DNA of 38,383 nt, taken from IMG/VR virus record IMGVR_UViG_3300019468_000034. One strand, 5' to 3'. Positions 36,116 to 38,383 of the stretch are shown in pieces (within the stretch, counting starts at the first letter, position 1; each line of letters starts with the position of its first letter). Both the position numbers and the translations under genes were made by a program. The stretch comes from a virus. Below the pieces are notes generated by a model. It saw nothing but the letters and a program-made list of their open reading frames with translations, had not been told where the DNA came from and searched no databases.

Positions 36116-36478
36116 TTAAAATCCGTAGTTAATATATCTCACAATTTTATTAATACGACTTGCAATATCAGAAATTTCATAATTAATAGATTGAATATCT
36201 GTATTAATAGACTGGATATCCATAGAATTTTTATTAACATCACTAACAAGCCCTTGCAACGAAGTAGAATTAGACAACACATCAGCCTCATTGGAAGAGA
36301 TTCGGCTATCCAAGTCATCAATGCGACGGTCTATTTCGTTTATATCGCTAGAAAAACGAAGTGACGAAACCGTATCAGATAGCGAGTTAATCTGTTGCGA
36401 AAGTTGATAAATATAGAACCCTTGAATAGCAATAATAACAAACATAACAATAAATAAGGCCATAATTTTCTTGCTCAT
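36116..36478 (-). CDS. membrane-anchored coiled-coil protein, hypothetical (lysogen orientation)
   Basis: AGGTG lies 6 nt upstream of ATG (MSKKIMALFIVMFVIIAIQ...). N-terminal TM then heptad-like repeats. Confidence 0.5.
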   Translation of the reverse strand: MSKKIMALFIVMFVIIAIQGFYIYQLSQQINSLSDTVSSLRFSSDINEIDRRIDDLDSRISSNEADVLSNSTSLQGLVSDVNKNSMDIQSINTDIQSINYEISDIASRINKIVRYINYGF

Positions 36479-36540
36479 GAGCACCACCTATAGCTATTCA
36501 TCCTCACCAAAGCATCCGTCACTGTTTAATACAATGGATT

Positions 36541-37044
36541 TTATTTATAAAGAGAGCGCTGGAAATCAGCATTTAATTTTTTATTAAAGTACATGTGATA
36601 ACACTCAAAAAAGAAAAGTTCGCCTACCATTGTACGGAGGGAAAATTTAGCTATTGCAGGGGAATAAACAACTTTTGCGGATTTATCAGCATCCATATCA
36701 AACAAAAAAGCACCGTTTTCGTCGTAAGCGCCACCTTGACGTCTTAATAACTGCATGGTTTGGGAGTCAAAATCATAATAGAAAATACAGGAATACTTAA
36801 CCAACACAGGACCATCACTGTCGTAAAGTTCCGTCCAATAATCGCCAATAATTGTATAAAACGGAGGATCATAACGGACGGGGCATATAGAGGCGGTATC
36901 AATATAATATGTGGCTCGCATAGTAGAATGGAATTTTCTGTAGCGACCACCGGAAGCAGCCCCATCGGAAAGAAACGAAGCCGAAACAGGAAGGATACAA
37001 ATAAAGAACGCAATAAAAAGTAAGAATGTGCGCTTGATTAACAT
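36541..37044 (-). CDS. secreted protein with a Sec signal peptide, hypothetical (lysogen orientation)
   Basis: MLIKRTFLLFIAFFICILPVSA|SF is a signal-peptide-like N-terminus. A GTG start at 37053 is an alternative. Confidence 0.5.
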   Translation of the reverse strand: MLIKRTFLLFIAFFICILPVSASFLSDGAASGGRYRKFHSTMRATYYIDTASICPVRYDPPFYTIIGDYWTELYDSDGPVLVKYSCIFYYDFDSQTMQLLRRQGGAYDENGAFLFDMDADKSAKVVYSPAIAKFSLRTMVGELFFFECYHMYFNKKLNADFQRSLYK

Positions 37045-37063
37045 AAAATACACCGCCTTATTT

Positions 37064-37531
37064 TCAATTTATGTAACACGACGTACCCGCAAAAACCTTT
37101 AGCAATTCCAATACTCGTTCAGTAGTAAGCAATTTCTCTTCCCGTATCCCGTCTATCATATCGGCATTATTCCGTAAACACGTATGAGCAATTAGAAGAA
37201 ACGCAAACTTATTTGCTTCAAGCTCTTGCCGACCCACTCTCTCCGGACTCTCCTTGCGAGGAACAACATCGAAACCCAAAACCCTGTGCTGTACATGACC
37301 AAGGACGGCATGGCCAAGCTCGTGGGCTATAACAACGTTTTGAGCGTTAAAATCAAGATGCTTATTAACATAAATAACATTATACCCAAACACACAAAGA
37401 GACAAGCCTTTCGGCATATCGGGGATTACCACCTTCTTTACACTTATTTTTAAGTGCTGACACAATTCGGAGGGGTCGTTCGTGCCGTATTCACGAATTA
37501 AATCCAACACAACCGGCAGCATACGTTTCAC
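37064..37531 (-). CDS. immA: ImmA/IrrE-family metallopeptidase (anti-repressor protease)
   Basis: HELGHAVLGH HExxH motif. GTG start overlaps the repressor TGA stop as GTGA. GGAGG RBS. Confidence 0.85.
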   Translation of the reverse strand: MKRMLPVVLDLIREYGTNDPSELCQHLKISVKKVVIPDMPKGLSLCVFGYNVIYVNKHLDFNAQNVVIAHELGHAVLGHVQHRVLGFDVVPRKESPERVGRQELEANKFAFLLIAHTCLRNNADMIDGIREEKLLTTERVLELLKVFAGTSCYIN

Positions 37532-37866
37532 AACTCATCCTCCAAGGCTGCTTGAATTAGCCGTTCAAGCAATTCTTTTTTAATGGGCTTACCGCCGTAA
37601 GTACAATAAGAAGCGGACCTTAACACATCTTTAAGATCGGTTTGTACTGAAAAGCCGCTGCCCTCAAAATCATAACCAAGCAGCCACGCCGGGCTTACCG
37701 ACAAAGCACCAGCAATTAGAGCTACCTTATCCTGTTTAGGGACATACTTACCAGTTAAATAATCAGAAATAGATGAAGTCCTTAGGCCCGTAAGTCTCGA
37801 TAAGTCAGCCTGACTAATAGACCGCTCGGACATAATTTGCCGCAATCGCTCGATAAATGTATTCAT
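37528..37866 (-). CDS. immR: XRE-family HTH repressor (ImmR/cI-like)
   Basis: ISQADLSRLTGLRTSSISDYLTG is an HTH motif. GGAAGG lies 7 nt upstream of ATG 37866 (MNTFIERL...). Confidence 0.8.
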   Translation of the reverse strand: MNTFIERLRQIMSERSISQADLSRLTGLRTSSISDYLTGKYVPKQDKVALIAGALSVSPAWLLGYDFEGSGFSVQTDLKDVLRSASYCTYGGKPIKKELLERLIQAALEDEL

Positions 37867-37908
37867 AAAAAAACCTTCCAATCCGCGAACAAACTATATA
37901 AGTAGTAT

Positions 37909-37924
37909 ATACGGAAAAGCGTAT
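37909..37924. promoter_or_regulatory. operator-like dyad ATACGGAAAAGCGTAT (imperfect copy)
   Basis: Member of the ACGGAAAA(C/G)CGT family. Confidence 0.45.
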
Positions 37925-37949
37925 CACATCAATATAAAATAAAAAAGAT

Positions 37950-37965
37950 TATACGGAAAACCGTT
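37950..37965. promoter_or_regulatory. operator-like dyad ACGGAAAACCGT overlapping the -35 of the rightward promoter and a leftward TATAAT
   Basis: Core at 37953..37964. Confidence 0.5.
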
Positions 37966-37992
37966 TACAAAAATACATATGTGTGATATATT
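37964..37992 (+). promoter_or_regulatory. rightward promoter for cro (-35 TTTACA, 17-nt spacer, TGn plus -10 TATATT)
   Basis: Hexamers and spacing as read from the sequence. Confidence 0.5.
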
Positions 37993-38000
37993 TGTAACAA

Positions 38001-38014
38001 CACGGAAAACCGTG
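38001..38014. promoter_or_regulatory. operator dyad CACGGAAAACCGTG (perfect arms) just downstream of the rightward promoter
   Basis: Arms CACGG/CCGTG around an AAAA spacer. Confidence 0.5.
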
Positions 38015-38031
38015 CAAAAGGGGTGAGAAAA

Positions 38032-38253
38032 ATGGAAAAATTCAATTATGCAAAATTAAGAGGTTTTATTGCAGAACACTTTGTAACCCATAGCAATTTT
38101 GCCAAATTCTTAGGAATCGGCACCACAGCTCTGTCCGAAAGAATGCAAAACAAAGTCCCTTTCACACAAAGGGAGATTGCAAAAGTGGCTAGAGAAGCAA
38201 CCGGCAAGAAACTTTCAGCCGAAGAAGTAGAGACTCTTTTTTTTACATATTAA
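38032..38253 (+). CDS. cro: Cro-like HTH regulator, divergent from the repressor
   Basis: FAKFLGIGTTALSERMQNKVPFTQREI is an HTH-like motif. GGGGTGAG RBS before ATG 38032. Confidence 0.6.
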   Translation: MEKFNYAKLRGFIAEHFVTHSNFAKFLGIGTTALSERMQNKVPFTQREIAKVAREATGKKLSAEEVETLFFTY

Positions 38254-38269
38254 GCACGGAAAACCGTGC
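38254..38269. promoter_or_regulatory. fourth operator-like dyad GCACGGAAAACCGTGC immediately after the cro stop codon (continues into window position 1)
   Basis: Perfect 6-bp arms; the same motif as 38001..38014. Confidence 0.45.
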
Positions 38270-38383
38270 AATATAAGAAAGGAAAATAAAAATGGACACA
38301 TGGACGGTTAATAAGCTAGAACAAATGGGCATAGACCCTAGCACAGCATGTAAGAAATGCGGCTATGACAACGGAATCGACAA
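38257..38383. repeat. second copy of the 127-bp terminal redundancy (equals 1..127)
   Basis: Exact identity to the window start. Confidence 0.9.

Overview
The window is a complete, circularly assembled temperate podovirus-like phage genome of about 38.26 kb. Bases 1..127 are repeated exactly at 38257..38383, so the unit length is 38,256 bp. Almost all genes are on the + strand with strong AGGAGG-type ribosome binding sites, which suggests a low-GC Gram-positive host. This host call is inferred, not verified.

Layout, from the sequence:
- An immunity switch spans the wrapped junction: an ImmR-like repressor and an ImmA protease on the - strand, a divergent Cro-like gene on the + strand, and four copies of an ACGGAAAACCGT dyad.
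- An early region (184..6770) encodes a dUTPase, a phage Dam-family N6-adenine methyltransferase interrupted by a frameshift in a G8 homopolymer, a candidate HUH rolling-circle Rep, an HNH endonuclease, a truncated C5-cytosine methyltransferase remnant, about ten small unknown ORFs and an ArpU/RinA-like late activator.
- A late operon (6874..33518) encodes small and large terminase subunits, a T7 gp8-like portal, scaffold, capsid, a capsid-associated protein with an overlapping +1-frame HeH/SAP-motif ORF and a terminator. It continues with a T7 gp11-like tail tubular protein A, a gp12-like nozzle protein carrying a glycine-rich insertion, internal virion proteins (one with lytic transglycosylase and CHAP-like peptidase motifs), a 3,017-aa giant protein in the gp16 position, a tail fibre, and a lysis cassette with an Amidase_2 endolysin.
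- After a strong bidirectional terminator comes a promoter-gene-terminator moron cassette (33935..34690), a repeat-rich candidate attP, a tyrosine integrase (-), and two lysogen-orientation genes for a membrane-anchored and a secreted protein.

No RNA polymerase, DNA polymerase, tRNA or CRISPR array is evident.

The most unusual element is the 9-kb giant ORF. It contains an internally duplicated module of about 260 aa (QRAWHG...HGWGxY) and an HExxH zincin motif, which suggests an ejected polyvalent or effector-like protein.
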